Source of the DNA: Candidatus Peribacteria bacterium
Lineage (GTDB): Bacteria; Patescibacteriota; Gracilibacteria; Peribacterales; Peribacteraceae
DNA: 64,000 nucleotides
Direction: 5' to 3'
Assembly (NCBI GenBank): GCA_041691135.1
Contig: JBEPVF010000002.1
Coordinates: forward strand, 192,001-256,000
Of the stretch, positions 43,220-53,518 are shown one piece after another (within the stretch, counting starts at the first letter, position 1; the number at the start of each line of letters is the position of its first letter). A program made the translations under genes and the position numbers. Under the pieces are notes generated by a model. The model did not search any database. It was given only the letters and a program-made list of their open reading frames with translations, and had not been told where the DNA came from.

Positions 43220-43713
43220 GCCACCACTCTAGCAGTCGGCCCCGAAAAAGATGAGACGGTAGTTTGTAGGGAAAATTGTATGTTATTAAACTTTTATTTA
43301 ATTTTGACAATCAAATTACTAAAAAGTAGATCTAATTTTGTATACATCATTCTTATTTCTCTTATTAAAGCAGAAAAATTTGAATACATTTTAAGTTCAT
43401 AATTCAAAAAAATACCGGCGGAAGACATCGGAAGAGGTAAATAATGTTGTTCGCCTTACGGTCAACCTAGACAAGAATTACAGAGTGAATCGTAAGCCGC
43501 CATGAAGAAAGAATTGAACATATGTTTTAAGTCATGAAATGTGATTAGCAAATTGACTAATGATTCACTTTTTTTGCTCTTTTGGGGCAATTGGATATAT
43601 TTTGGTGTAATCTTGACAACTATTAATTATTGTTTTACAAAGTATATACTCATGATGTAAAGTATTTTCCTTTTTTACTATGGAATCAGAAGTAAGAAAG
43701 TTCTTCCCTCCGA

Positions 43714-44253
43714 ATGACAAAGTTAGCCCTCCTCATTGTCTCGCCGGCAGTTATTGGCATGTTGGCCACCCCTCTGCTCCTACGCGCAAGCCAGGCAGCT
43801 GAGTCGCCACCGCCGACGCTCGAGCAAATGCTGACTGATCTGCAGCAACAGTGGAAAGAGAACGATGAAAATAATGTACCGAACCCGACCAACCTCCATA
43901 TCCGAGCCGAGCGCCTCCGGTTGTTTTTGTGCCAGGGAGGCAAGACCGAGTACTGCCCGACGCAGAAGTTGGAAGCAAAGAATATCGATATTCAAAAATT
44001 GGCGCACGCAGTGGCGATGGCCGAGACATCCGACAAGGGCATGGTACTGGCGAAGAACAATTATCACGGCATCAAATGCGGCGAACATTTCTGCTCTTAC
44101 GCTTCCAAGGAAGAGAGCTACGAGAAGTTCGGGGAGTTGTGGCTGCGCAAGTACGGCGACCATCTGCCTACTCTGCAGGACGCGCGACGCTACACCGCCG
44201 GCGAAGGAACCGGGTGGCTCAAGACAGTGACAGTGGTGTACAACAGCAAATAA
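43714..44253 (+). CDS. Exported lysozyme-like (glucosaminidase-like) protein
   Basis: Signal anchor; AVAMAETS, NNYHGIK, YASKEES...F..LW...Y, RY motifs. Confidence 0.6.
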   Translation: MTKLALLIVSPAVIGMLATPLLLRASQAAESPPPTLEQMLTDLQQQWKENDENNVPNPTNLHIRAERLRLFLCQGGKTEYCPTQKLEAKNIDIQKLAHAVAMAETSDKGMVLAKNNYHGIKCGEHFCSYASKEESYEKFGELWLRKYGDHLPTLQDARRYTAGEGTGWLKTVTVVYNSK

Positions 44254-44460
44254 CAATTCGACGCATGAAATTCGAAAAATTGATTGCGTTCTTTCGTTGT
44301 AAATTATGTATTGTCTATTATTCATTCCATTAAGGTTTTCTTAAGAAACGCCAGTTTACGGCAGCCGACAGCCACATATTGAGCTAACAGTCTCTTAAGA
44401 GTGCACTCGTATAGTGAGCACAGTCGCGACTGACTCTTTTACTTCTTTCATCCTCATACT

Positions 44461-44874
44461 ATGAAAAACAAGTTCACACTCGGTGCCATCGCCGGCATCT
44501 CCTCTATCGCACTTGCCATTCCATTCCTCGCTCAAGTCTCCAATGCCGCTTCCAGCGGATCGACGCAATCGACACCGACGCAGCAGGAACAGACAACGAC
44601 GACAATGGCCGCTTCCATTTCCCAATCCGCCGCCGAACAAACGGCACTTCAGGCGCATCCTGGAAAACTCTCGGAAGCCACTCGACTCGATGATCACTTT
44701 GGCGGATATAAAGTGGAGATCACCGGTAACGACGGCAATGAATATGACGTGATCGTCGACGCAACGAGCGGACAGATCACCGACAGCTGGATCGACGGCC
44801 AAGGCGGCCCGCACGGTCGCGGACCGATGAACGGACATGATCAACCGGACGCAGCCGGCTCTTCGAGCATCTAA
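44461..44874 (+). CDS. Secreted PepSY-domain protein
   Basis: A.QTAL..HPG...YKVEI...GNEYDVIVDATSGQI. Confidence 0.8.
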   Translation: MKNKFTLGAIAGISSIALAIPFLAQVSNAASSGSTQSTPTQQEQTTTTMAASISQSAAEQTALQAHPGKLSEATRLDDHFGGYKVEITGNDGNEYDVIVDATSGQITDSWIDGQGGPHGRGPMNGHDQPDAAGSSSI

Positions 44875-44919
44875 AAGCTTCCGCACATCACCGGCTCTTC
44901 CGTAAGGGGGAAAGGGGGG

Positions 44920-44942
44920 AGGCCGCACAAGCGGCCTTTTTC
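44920..44942 (+). terminator. Intrinsic terminator
   Basis: AGGCCGC-ACAA-GCGGCCT-TTTT. Confidence 0.65.
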
Positions 44943-45077
44943 CTCTGGGAGAAGCGCCTACCCGTTATATAAATGGTTCAAAGTAGTAATTTTGACCGAC
45001 ATTATTAGTCTTACAGGCTTATAGAGTTCTTCATCTATATATTGACTTTAATAATTTATTATGTTTATATATAATAT

Positions 45078-46241
45078 ATGGATTCGCTTTACTACTCAGC
45101 TGGTGACCAGGAAATGCTGCAACTGTACGAACAGATCACACATATAGCTCATAATGGAGACATACCTACTATCACGCAGAGGGAAACTCATACGTCAGAC
45201 GATACGACATTAACTATCAGAGCAAACACTCGATGGGAAGCATTGCACCTTTTTAACCAAGCAGTTGCCCTATTGGAAATACAGGCACCTCACGAAGGGC
45301 TGGACCCGTCAGTTGTTACGAGAATCAAAGAACTTCGACAGACGATCACGGATACATGGGAAGCACACCAACCGGTTTCCTCTAAACCTGCTATGGCGAC
45401 GGCAACCCACTTCCTTAACCGAGTGAGAGATGGAGTCTTTGCCATTCGTGGCAACGACACAATGGAAGTACTAGAACGATGCGGCGCGGTTATATTTTCT
45501 GAATTCATGCGCGGGCAGATGGAGCCGGTTACTTATCTCAGAGCTCGTATGTATTTAGACGAGAGAGTCGAGTTGCTTCAGGTGAAAAAGAAAAGTGAAA
45601 CGTTAAACCAGGAACTGATACATGATGAAGTGGCGACACATGCATGGAGCAGGAGAATCATCAGTGAGGTAGTCGAAGATACGCTGGAGGCAAGCGTCGA
45701 AGGACATGGCGTGCTGGTCCATTTTGACGTTGTCGGATTCGGAAAGTTCAACAATCAAGTGCACTACGAGTATGCAGACAATGCTCTGCGGGCAATCGGA
45801 AATACTCTAGCAGATGAGGGAATCATCACGGCGAGAACCGGCGGCGATGAATTCGTCTGCTTCTTTCCGGATGAAGATGATATGGAAACATGCATCCAAA
45901 GAATCATCCAGTTGTGCCAACCTGCGCTTGCAGAAATAGATGGGCCATTCGCGGAGCAAAATCTGCCCCGTTTCGCCACATTGCATGTAGGGCTCGGCGC
46001 AGTTGTGATGCATAAGGGTGAGAAATACGGTGAGACCACGATAAAGGCAGTCAAACGGATGCAGGTCGCGAAACAAGCGCCTCAAGCAAAAGGTCTGCGC
46101 TATCCGCACTTCACCGGTAAGCAACCAACAAGAATTCTGGGCATGACCCCAGAAGGCACCCCCGCCTCGGCCCCCATCGAACGCCGAACAATGCGTACTA
46201 TTCTGGAGAGAGTAAAAAAATTCCTTAAAGAGATTAATTAA
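45078..46241 (+). CDS. GGDEF diguanylate cyclase domain protein
   Basis: FDVVGFGKFNN...ADNAL, ARTGGDEF; N-terminal region not recognised. Confidence 0.8.
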   Translation: MDSLYYSAGDQEMLQLYEQITHIAHNGDIPTITQRETHTSDDTTLTIRANTRWEALHLFNQAVALLEIQAPHEGLDPSVVTRIKELRQTITDTWEAHQPVSSKPAMATATHFLNRVRDGVFAIRGNDTMEVLERCGAVIFSEFMRGQMEPVTYLRARMYLDERVELLQVKKKSETLNQELIHDEVATHAWSRRIISEVVEDTLEASVEGHGVLVHFDVVGFGKFNNQVHYEYADNALRAIGNTLADEGIITARTGGDEFVCFFPDEDDMETCIQRIIQLCQPALAEIDGPFAEQNLPRFATLHVGLGAVVMHKGEKYGETTIKAVKRMQVAKQAPQAKGLRYPHFTGKQPTRILGMTPEGTPASAPIERRTMRTILERVKKFLKEIN

Positions 46242-46268
46242 TCGCAGTACACTATTTTCGAATAGCCA

Positions 46269-48269
46269 TTATCGGACAGGCAACGATATCGAGAACACCG
46301 TCCCCTTCCCCTCCTCCGACTGCATCGTCACCGTGCCTTTGAGCACGTTGGTTAAGAGCGATACCAGATAGAGACCTAAACCCGTGCCGCTTGTTTCGCG
46401 GTCGATCACGTTGTGGCCGCGGAAGAATTTCTGGAAGACGTTCTGTTGCTGGTCCAGAGGAATGCCGTAGCCCGTATCTTTCACATCGATACGAATGGCA
46501 TCTTTTTCCTGCCAGGCCCGCAGGAAAATTTTTCCAGTTTCCGGGGTATAGGTAATGGCATTCTGGAGCAAATTACCGAGGATCTCGGATAAGAAACGCG
46601 GATCGGTGTTGATGGAGAGCGGCGAAGAACAGTCGATGGTAAACGTCTGTCGCTTGGCCTCGTACTGCGGTTGGAACTGCTGGCCTTTGGTGCGAAGCAT
46701 CTCGCATACATCCACTTCGGCAATCGCCAAGTCGATTGCCTGCGCTTCGGCGCGCGAGATCTTCAGCATCGTATCGATCGTCTGAGACATACGCGCGGCG
46801 GCCTGCAAACTCTCGCGCAGAAACTTCTCTTCAGTCGGACTTACTTTGCCGGCCAGATCTTTGGTAAGCCTGCCGAGGCTCCAACGCATGGTCGTGAGCG
46901 GCGTGCGCAGTTGATGTGACGCCAGTGACATGAATTCCGATTTCGATCGGTCTATGCGACGCTCTCTGGTGACGTCGCGGTACAGAAACAACTGACCGCG
47001 ATGTTTTCCATCTTCATACGTCGGAATAAAATCTCGCAGAATGATGCGTCCGTCTTTCAGCAAAATCTCCTGATCGAAGAGGGGTTCCTTCTTCGCTATA
47101 GTCGCGCGGACTTTTACCATGTGCTCGTCCGGATGCAACAATCCCTGCAAAAAACGCTCGAGTAATTCTGCAGACGACATGTTTCTTATTTGTTCCGGAG
47201 AACGTTTGATGTGGAACATGCGACAGTACGCTTCGTTGAGCTCAAGAATATTCGCCTCTTCATCCATCAGTAGTGCGGCCGATGGCAAATGAGAAACGAT
47301 TGAGCGTAACCGCTCCAGGTTGACCCGATCTTTTTGCAATGCGATTTCAAGCTCCTTGGTACGTTCATGTACCTTCTCTTCCAACGATTCGACGGCGTAT
47401 CTTCGTTCCTGCAGAGCGGCGGCCAGAATCATGCCGATGGATGATGCAATGGCAATGTAGAATTGCAGCAAGTTGAGTGACGTATTCGGCGATGAGCTCA
47501 CGAACGGACCGAAACCGGATAGGGTTCCCAAAATCGCAAGGCATGCCAAAAGAAAAATAGTCGTGACTGTTTCGCGCAGCCCGAAACGGATAGCCGCCCA
47601 TACGATCGGAAGCAGCGAAATATACAGCGGATAATGAGCGTATCCGTACTGTGTATTGCCGCTGAAAACGATAAAACTGATGAGCACCATAAATTCCACA
47701 AGCAACACTGCTTCCAAAGACTGCCGTACCGACCAGCGGAATTTGAAATTATGAACCCACAGCAGAAGCAACGGGGCGATCACGAGCGCACCGACCGTAT
47801 CGCCGAGCCACCAAGTGAACCATAAATCAGGAGCGCGTGACCATAATGCAGAACCGGCGAGCAATAAAGACAACGAGCCGACAGAAGCACTGATGGCCGA
47901 GGAGGCGGCGGCGAAGAAAATAAAAAGAAGAACCGTGTGCACCTGCCCGAATGCCTTCGCACCGCCGGCGAAACGCTTGATAAGAAATGCTCCGACGAGC
48001 CCTTCGAGGGTGTTACCGATTGCAATGGTTATTGACGTACCGAACGAGCCGGCCGTTAGTATATTCACCAAGAATGCACCGATCAGAACCGATGGCCAGA
48101 ATCGAAAACCGAGGAGCAGGAACACGGCGATGGCGATACCCGTCGGCGGCCACACCGGTGATGCGCTGGGAAACCTGAACGCCAACATCAGGCCGAATTT
48201 TCCGGCAGCAAAATAGATCACTGTGATCAGGACGATGGACGCCCAGAACCGAAGCCGGGATGGATTCAT
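46269..48269 (-). CDS. MASE1-PAS sensor histidine kinase
   Basis: SPVWPPTG, WWLGD (MASE1); PAS-like region; SHQLRTPL, NLLQNA, DTGYGIP, GTGLGL. Confidence 0.92.
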   Translation of the reverse strand: MNPSRLRFWASIVLITVIYFAAGKFGLMLAFRFPSASPVWPPTGIAIAVFLLLGFRFWPSVLIGAFLVNILTAGSFGTSITIAIGNTLEGLVGAFLIKRFAGGAKAFGQVHTVLLFIFFAAASSAISASVGSLSLLLAGSALWSRAPDLWFTWWLGDTVGALVIAPLLLLWVHNFKFRWSVRQSLEAVLLVEFMVLISFIVFSGNTQYGYAHYPLYISLLPIVWAAIRFGLRETVTTIFLLACLAILGTLSGFGPFVSSSPNTSLNLLQFYIAIASSIGMILAAALQERRYAVESLEEKVHERTKELEIALQKDRVNLERLRSIVSHLPSAALLMDEEANILELNEAYCRMFHIKRSPEQIRNMSSAELLERFLQGLLHPDEHMVKVRATIAKKEPLFDQEILLKDGRIILRDFIPTYEDGKHRGQLFLYRDVTRERRIDRSKSEFMSLASHQLRTPLTTMRWSLGRLTKDLAGKVSPTEEKFLRESLQAAARMSQTIDTMLKISRAEAQAIDLAIAEVDVCEMLRTKGQQFQPQYEAKRQTFTIDCSSPLSINTDPRFLSEILGNLLQNAITYTPETGKIFLRAWQEKDAIRIDVKDTGYGIPLDQQQNVFQKFFRGHNVIDRETSGTGLGLYLVSLLTNVLKGTVTMQSEEGKGTVFSISLPVR

Positions 48270-48500
48270 AGCGGATAGCGTGCGGATTTTTTCAGTATAT
48301 CAGAGGCAAGTTGACTCTCAATCCGGTATTCATGGGAATGACTGTTCCAGGTAAGGATGGAACTGGTATTCCGTTATGCAGAAGCCAAAAAATTCCCTCT
48401 TCGTTCACGAGAACATTTCCGGCTCTTTTTAGTTTCTTGTGCCTGCAGCCAGGAATGCTATCGTAAAGTCTTCATTTTAGTTTTTTGCCCACCCCTTACC

Positions 48501-51500
48501 ATGGTCAAGATCAATTCTTCCCAAGGCCTGACAGCGGCTGAAAGTTTGAACATAGACTACGGCATAGGTGAACGCATCGATAGCGGCCGCACCACTGTGC
48601 ATAGTCGAACCGAAAGAGCGTTCAGACCAGAGGTGGTGAGAACGCTGGAGGAAAGAATGCTCATGACATTACAGAGCGTTAATATGAACTTCCTGGCATT
48701 CGGCATAGGTCCGCACAAATATGGCGATGCAATCAACATCGACGGAGTCGATGTCGCCGTAACGCTGCAAGGAGCAAACGGATTTATCGTCAACAAAGAT
48801 GGTAGTATTCAAGCGCAAGACGGGGGTGGAATTGTTGTCTCATTCAAGCAAGATCAATTAGTCACCAAAGTAGTTGCTAAGCAGACCGGCAATGGGACGG
48901 GGCTGATCAATTTTAGTGAGCCTACCGGCAATGATTATCGACCGTTACCATCGACTGGCGGGACGATCGTCGCAAATGAAGTGTGCAATTCGGTGCAGAT
49001 TGTGCAAACGAGCGGTACTGCCAAGTATGTTTTGACTGGACTCTACACTCAGAAAGACGTGCCAGACGTGCCTAGCGACGCACCCGTTTCCGTACCGACC
49101 ACGGGTCCGGTATTGCCGATGCCGAAGATGGAATCTGTCACGCACACTGAATCACTCAACTTTTCATTTCCGGGCAGAGCCAAAGATCACACTGTTTTTC
49201 ACCTCGGAGACGGTGTGAATGCTGAAATAGCGTCCGCCGATGGATGGGGACTCGTGATAAAAGAAGGCGCACTTGTAACCGTTAGTGACGGACATACACA
49301 TGACAGACCCGATTCAGATCCGGGCGCGGGAGACATCATGCAAATGACGTTCAGTCCGTTTTTGGAGGGAATGTCTCGCATTAAAATTCAGAGCTTTAAG
49401 GAGTTCGGCCCTGCACAAGGACTTGTGTACTTCGAAACATTGAAAGGTCCTCAATATCTCCCAATACCTGAAAACGGTATCATTGAGTGGGACGGCTCCA
49501 CGATCATCAGTATGGCCATTCTCCCTAAGAGGGCACAAGGTTACGGTCTGACCGGATTTGATCGAGTGGTCACCGAACAGCAACCATCCATCTTGGTGCA
49601 TCCGCCGAAAGTCAATCCACTGGACAGCAAAGATCTCGCCAATGGAAACGATTTCCTCAAAGCCCGTCTTTGGCAGTACCAACAGCTCGCCACAACGCTC
49701 GACTTTCAGCTGGAGGCAGGCTCGGATCCCGACGGCATCGCCGCCATGGATGCCTTAGCGACGCAATTGACGATGCTCACGTCTATTTCCGCCGACGTGC
49801 AAAAGCAATTCGCCAATTTATCGGCGGCCGCGGTCAAAAAAACAAAAGGTCTCCAGCCACTGATAACTGACGCGCAGCTCGTCGATACCGCACTCTCGGC
49901 ACTCAATAAAGACTGGCAGCAGCGCATGCGCATAGTCAAATATCGCACCGGTAATATCATCACCGATGACGGAAGAATACTGGATCAGAAAAACCTTAAT
50001 CTTTCCGCCGGTCCGGGCACGCTCAAAACGAACGGGAACAGTGCGGTGCTTGTGCGTAGCATACCGGGCTTAGATGGCGCGTTGACGATGCAGACTCTGC
50101 GTGGAAAGGTCGATGGGCAACCGACGATCTTCAATCATGACACAACACTCTCCGCGAGTGGCGGACAAATCACCACGTTGGATTTCACGACGCTGAAAGG
50201 CTTGGTAACGAATGCGTCATTTATCGTTCAGTCCGTGAACGGCGAAACAGTGACGGTCAAATTCATGAAGGGAGAACAAGTCCTGAGCACGCAGAAAGTA
50301 GTGAGCGGGCAGCAAGTCAGCTTTTCACAAGCGGATGGAATGAGCGGCGTCATTATCCTGCATGCCCCAACGGGAAAATCCGCCAGCGGTTTGACGCTGA
50401 GCAACATCTCCTTTCAGATTCTACCCAACTACACCCCGCGAGACGTGGTTGCCGACATGTCCATCAAGAACAATGGCACGGTCGCCAAAGATTCTCAGCC
50501 GGACTGGCGCGCTCCCGCCAATGCCCAGGAGACAGCACGACTCACCAATTCCAACATCTACTTTGGACAAGCAGGCGGTGACCCGCATTGGGACTTAATG
50601 TGCTACACGAGCAATAATGACGGTCGGTATAATCGTTACGATGTGATCTCGAGCCAAGGCGACACGCACATAGATGGCCTGTTCTACCTGACATCGGAAG
50701 GTACGCAACAGCTCTCAACTATGTATTACTACATACTTCCCAGTGGAAAAGGTGTCGTCGTGAGCCCGGGCGCACCGAAAGATTTGATTTTGGACATAAA
50801 ATCATCAGGCTATTACCACATCGTAAACACGGGCGGAACCATGCAAAAAGAATCCGTGACACCGCCGACCGAGTTCACTCTGGAATCGAATTATATCGGC
50901 ACGTATACACAGCCAACCGATAAACCCGGCTTCACCACGAATAAGATCACAACAGACACGATGAAGCCGCAACGCGTGCTAATTGGAAGCGGACTGTTCG
51001 TCATGGATTTCATCGACCGCGGCCAGAAAGCCGGTGCCATTACAGCGGAAGTATGGACTGGGTATGGCAGCACCAATCGGAAAGCAGAGCTTCTGGCTAC
51101 CTACAAAGGAAATCTGAGTCCCAATACGGTCACACATTTGCAGACTAACGTAAGAGGATCATCGGCTCCAAGCCAACGCGATGAACCGATTCTGATTACC
51201 GTGGTCATCACTCTTCCCGATGGAACAATCCAAGAAAACACTGTCTATCTCAATCGCAGACCGAATGAAGCGATGGTCAACGTGCGAGACGCGGATGGCA
51301 CTCTCCATTCAGTGCCAAGGCCGCTTGGCAGTGACGAACAAGCTCGTTTGGATCATCTCATTCCCAAAATTCTGTACGCCGCACAAACCGGACAATCAGG
51401 CTACACCGCGCCATCAAATCTGGCCGATTTGTATAAGCAGTTGTACAACGTGACAGCCGATCCGCAAACCGTAGGCGCAGTATCCGGCGCACCGGCCACC

Positions 51501-52739
51501 GTTGTTCCAGGCAAGCCCGTGCAGCCGGCAGCCGGAGTGGCGTACAAGGCGATGGAAAATATTGGCGATAAAATGGATACGGCGATCGATGTGACACAGG
51601 TCTCTTTGGCGAACCTTAGGCGTAACGTAAACAATGCTGAAATAGGCGCCTTTCATTACAAGATTGTCACTGGCGATACGCTAACTGCAATAGCAGCAAA
51701 ATTTAAAATTCCAGATTGGCACACAATCTATAACGATTCTTGGAATGCTGACTTCCGTAAACTTCGACCAGATCCAAATAAGATACAGCCAGGTGATGTT
51801 ATCAACATTCCCATGCGTATGATTAGTAATGATCTTGAGATCCAAAACAAAATTCTCGGAATGGATACATCATTGCCGCCCAGCGCTGCTTTCTCACAAA
51901 TCGTAAATGCTCCTTTCCTCAGTACTACTACCTGTGCCCAAATTGTTGACACTACGTTGACCGAAATAAAAAACACCGACGATGCTCGAGAGTATCTAAA
52001 ACTTACCCCGGACGCGGCCATTGCCAAACAAGTTGCTATTAGTCAAAAGACGGTGCTTGAGGTCCTCAAAGGCAAAATGCCCGAGGCAGTCCATAAGATC
52101 TTTGAAAAGATTTTCAGTGACCCCATCGTAAATAGTACAAATCTGCTAATCAATAGCATAAAGGATTACAAAAATGGGAAACCCATAGATGAGGTAGTGA
52201 AAAGCTTTTCCATAATAATAACGACAGTAGCAACCTACGATCTGACAAATATGGAAGTTCTCTCTTCTTTGAAAGATATTGTTAAAGCTGTAATTCTTGA
52301 TACTGGCTTACGGATCCTGCATCCGAATCAAATAGAAATTAGCTATTCAGCGGATAAACAATTCGCCATCGATACTCTGGTTAGTAAGACGAACAAACTT
52401 ATAGATTCAACACAAGATCCTCGAGCTGTCATTCTTACTGTAGCACTTGGAGAATTCGTATGGAGAAGCACACATATTGATGGACTAAGCACGGCCTCTT
52501 TAGGAGATCAATCTGTTTTCTTAGATGCTGCTTTGGATGACAAGCTAAAAGACGCTGCTACAAAATACAATTTAGTCGCCATCGAGCAAATATATGAAGC
52601 TGAAATAAAATATTACGATACCCTAATAGCTCAGAAGATGCTCGACCCTCATAAGAAATCTTCAATGATTTCTCAGTTGAATTTATTTTTTGCCGGCATC
52701 CTTCAATTCTACAATCGAGAACGCATTATGTCTGTGTGA
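48501..52739 (+). CDS. ~1410-aa protein with planctomycete-type N-terminal motif, beta-rich domains, LysM and helical C-terminus
   Basis: RAFRPEVVRTLEERMLMT near the N-terminus; LysM YKIVTGDTLTAIA.KF...PNKIQPGDVINIP at ~51657-51812. Confidence 0.8.
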   Translation: MVKINSSQGLTAAESLNIDYGIGERIDSGRTTVHSRTERAFRPEVVRTLEERMLMTLQSVNMNFLAFGIGPHKYGDAINIDGVDVAVTLQGANGFIVNKDGSIQAQDGGGIVVSFKQDQLVTKVVAKQTGNGTGLINFSEPTGNDYRPLPSTGGTIVANEVCNSVQIVQTSGTAKYVLTGLYTQKDVPDVPSDAPVSVPTTGPVLPMPKMESVTHTESLNFSFPGRAKDHTVFHLGDGVNAEIASADGWGLVIKEGALVTVSDGHTHDRPDSDPGAGDIMQMTFSPFLEGMSRIKIQSFKEFGPAQGLVYFETLKGPQYLPIPENGIIEWDGSTIISMAILPKRAQGYGLTGFDRVVTEQQPSILVHPPKVNPLDSKDLANGNDFLKARLWQYQQLATTLDFQLEAGSDPDGIAAMDALATQLTMLTSISADVQKQFANLSAAAVKKTKGLQPLITDAQLVDTALSALNKDWQQRMRIVKYRTGNIITDDGRILDQKNLNLSAGPGTLKTNGNSAVLVRSIPGLDGALTMQTLRGKVDGQPTIFNHDTTLSASGGQITTLDFTTLKGLVTNASFIVQSVNGETVTVKFMKGEQVLSTQKVVSGQQVSFSQADGMSGVIILHAPTGKSASGLTLSNISFQILPNYTPRDVVADMSIKNNGTVAKDSQPDWRAPANAQETARLTNSNIYFGQAGGDPHWDLMCYTSNNDGRYNRYDVISSQGDTHIDGLFYLTSEGTQQLSTMYYYILPSGKGVVVSPGAPKDLILDIKSSGYYHIVNTGGTMQKESVTPPTEFTLESNYIGTYTQPTDKPGFTTNKITTDTMKPQRVLIGSGLFVMDFIDRGQKAGAITAEVWTGYGSTNRKAELLATYKGNLSPNTVTHLQTNVRGSSAPSQRDEPILITVVITLPDGTIQENTVYLNRRPNEAMVNVRDADGTLHSVPRPLGSDEQARLDHLIPKILYAAQTGQSGYTAPSNLADLYKQLYNVTADPQTVGAVSGAPATVVPGKPVQPAAGVAYKAMENIGDKMDTAIDVTQVSLANLRRNVNNAEIGAFHYKIVTGDTLTAIAAKFKIPDWHTIYNDSWNADFRKLRPDPNKIQPGDVINIPMRMISNDLEIQNKILGMDTSLPPSAAFSQIVNAPFLSTTTCAQIVDTTLTEIKNTDDAREYLKLTPDAAIAKQVAISQKTVLEVLKGKMPEAVHKIFEKIFSDPIVNSTNLLINSIKDYKNGKPIDEVVKSFSIIITTVATYDLTNMEVLSSLKDIVKAVILDTGLRILHPNQIEISYSADKQFAIDTLVSKTNKLIDSTQDPRAVILTVALGEFVWRSTHIDGLSTASLGDQSVFLDAALDDKLKDAATKYNLVAIEQIYEAEIKYYDTLIAQKMLDPHKKSSMISQLNLFFAGILQFYNRERIMSV

Positions 52740-52767
52740 CGACTTATGAATGAAGATCATTGCGAAA

Positions 52768-52792
52768 ACCCCGGCCAATCCATGGCCGGGGT
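52768..52792. terminator. Hairpin terminator between convergent genes
   Basis: ACCCCGGCCA-ATCCA-TGGCCGGGGT. Confidence 0.65.
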
Positions 52793-52837
52793 CGTGAGCA
52801 AACAAACGTCTGCTCAGCAGTAGTATTTTGTGTGCCG

Positions 52838-53344
52838 TCATTGTCGTTCGAACTTTCTTAGACATAACTTTGCGATCAGGCAGGCGAAGCCCACCAGAGT
52901 GCAGGTCGCGACGACGAGGCCGGTCTGCCCGCCGAGGCCAAGCGATCTTCCTATCTCTTCTCGAAGATCGTGGAGTATTGCGATGTCTGCGTGATACAGG
53001 AAACTCCACGCGATCCAAGGGACGACGATAACGCCGATCGTCCATGACAGCCAGAAGAACGCCCACCGTCGTTCATAACACCAGCGCCCGCTCGATCGCA
53101 TAGGGGTCATGAAGAACGAGAAGAAGGGCGACCAAAACCAACTGATTGCCAGTGGTTCAAGCCGCTCTGTTCCGGACTCCACGATGCAACCGGTCGAGCA
53201 GAAGAAAAGAAAGATAAACAAGAACGGATGACGCGCCACCCAACGGTGTAATGGGTCGACCGTATCATTGAATCTGACAACAAGGCCGTCAACGGCAGCG
53301 AACATCTTTGCACTCCGAAAGAGCCAGACGGGTTGAAAGAACAC
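52838..53344 (-). CDS. Hypothetical membrane protein
   Basis: 3-4 hydrophobic segments; AT-rich TTGACA promoter-like region at ~53355-53388. Confidence 0.55.
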   Translation of the reverse strand: MFFQPVWLFRSAKMFAAVDGLVVRFNDTVDPLHRWVARHPFLFIFLFFCSTGCIVESGTERLEPLAISWFWSPFFSFFMTPMRSSGRWCYERRWAFFWLSWTIGVIVVPWIAWSFLYHADIAILHDLREEIGRSLGLGGQTGLVVATCTLVGFACLIAKLCLRKFERQ

Positions 53345-53518
53345 AAAACACTTAATTATATTAAATTATAATAATTTTAAACTGTCAAATACTTACCAAT
53401 AAAGTTGGCAGGACGAAAATTCCCCACTCCTAATGTATTCGAGTTCTCCGCAATAGCCTGCCATTTTCATGCATACGAAGCATCGCCAAAAAAGCGAAGT
53501 CGGCGTATACTTATAAGA

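Noticed and set aside
43230-43680. AT-rich intergenic region as oriC
   Set aside because: No TTATCCACA-type DnaA box cluster and no dnaA/dnaN nearby.
43680-43716. Upstream out-of-frame ATG suggesting a frameshift in the lysozyme-like gene
   Set aside because: ATG 43714 already gives an intact signal anchor, and there is no slippery tract.
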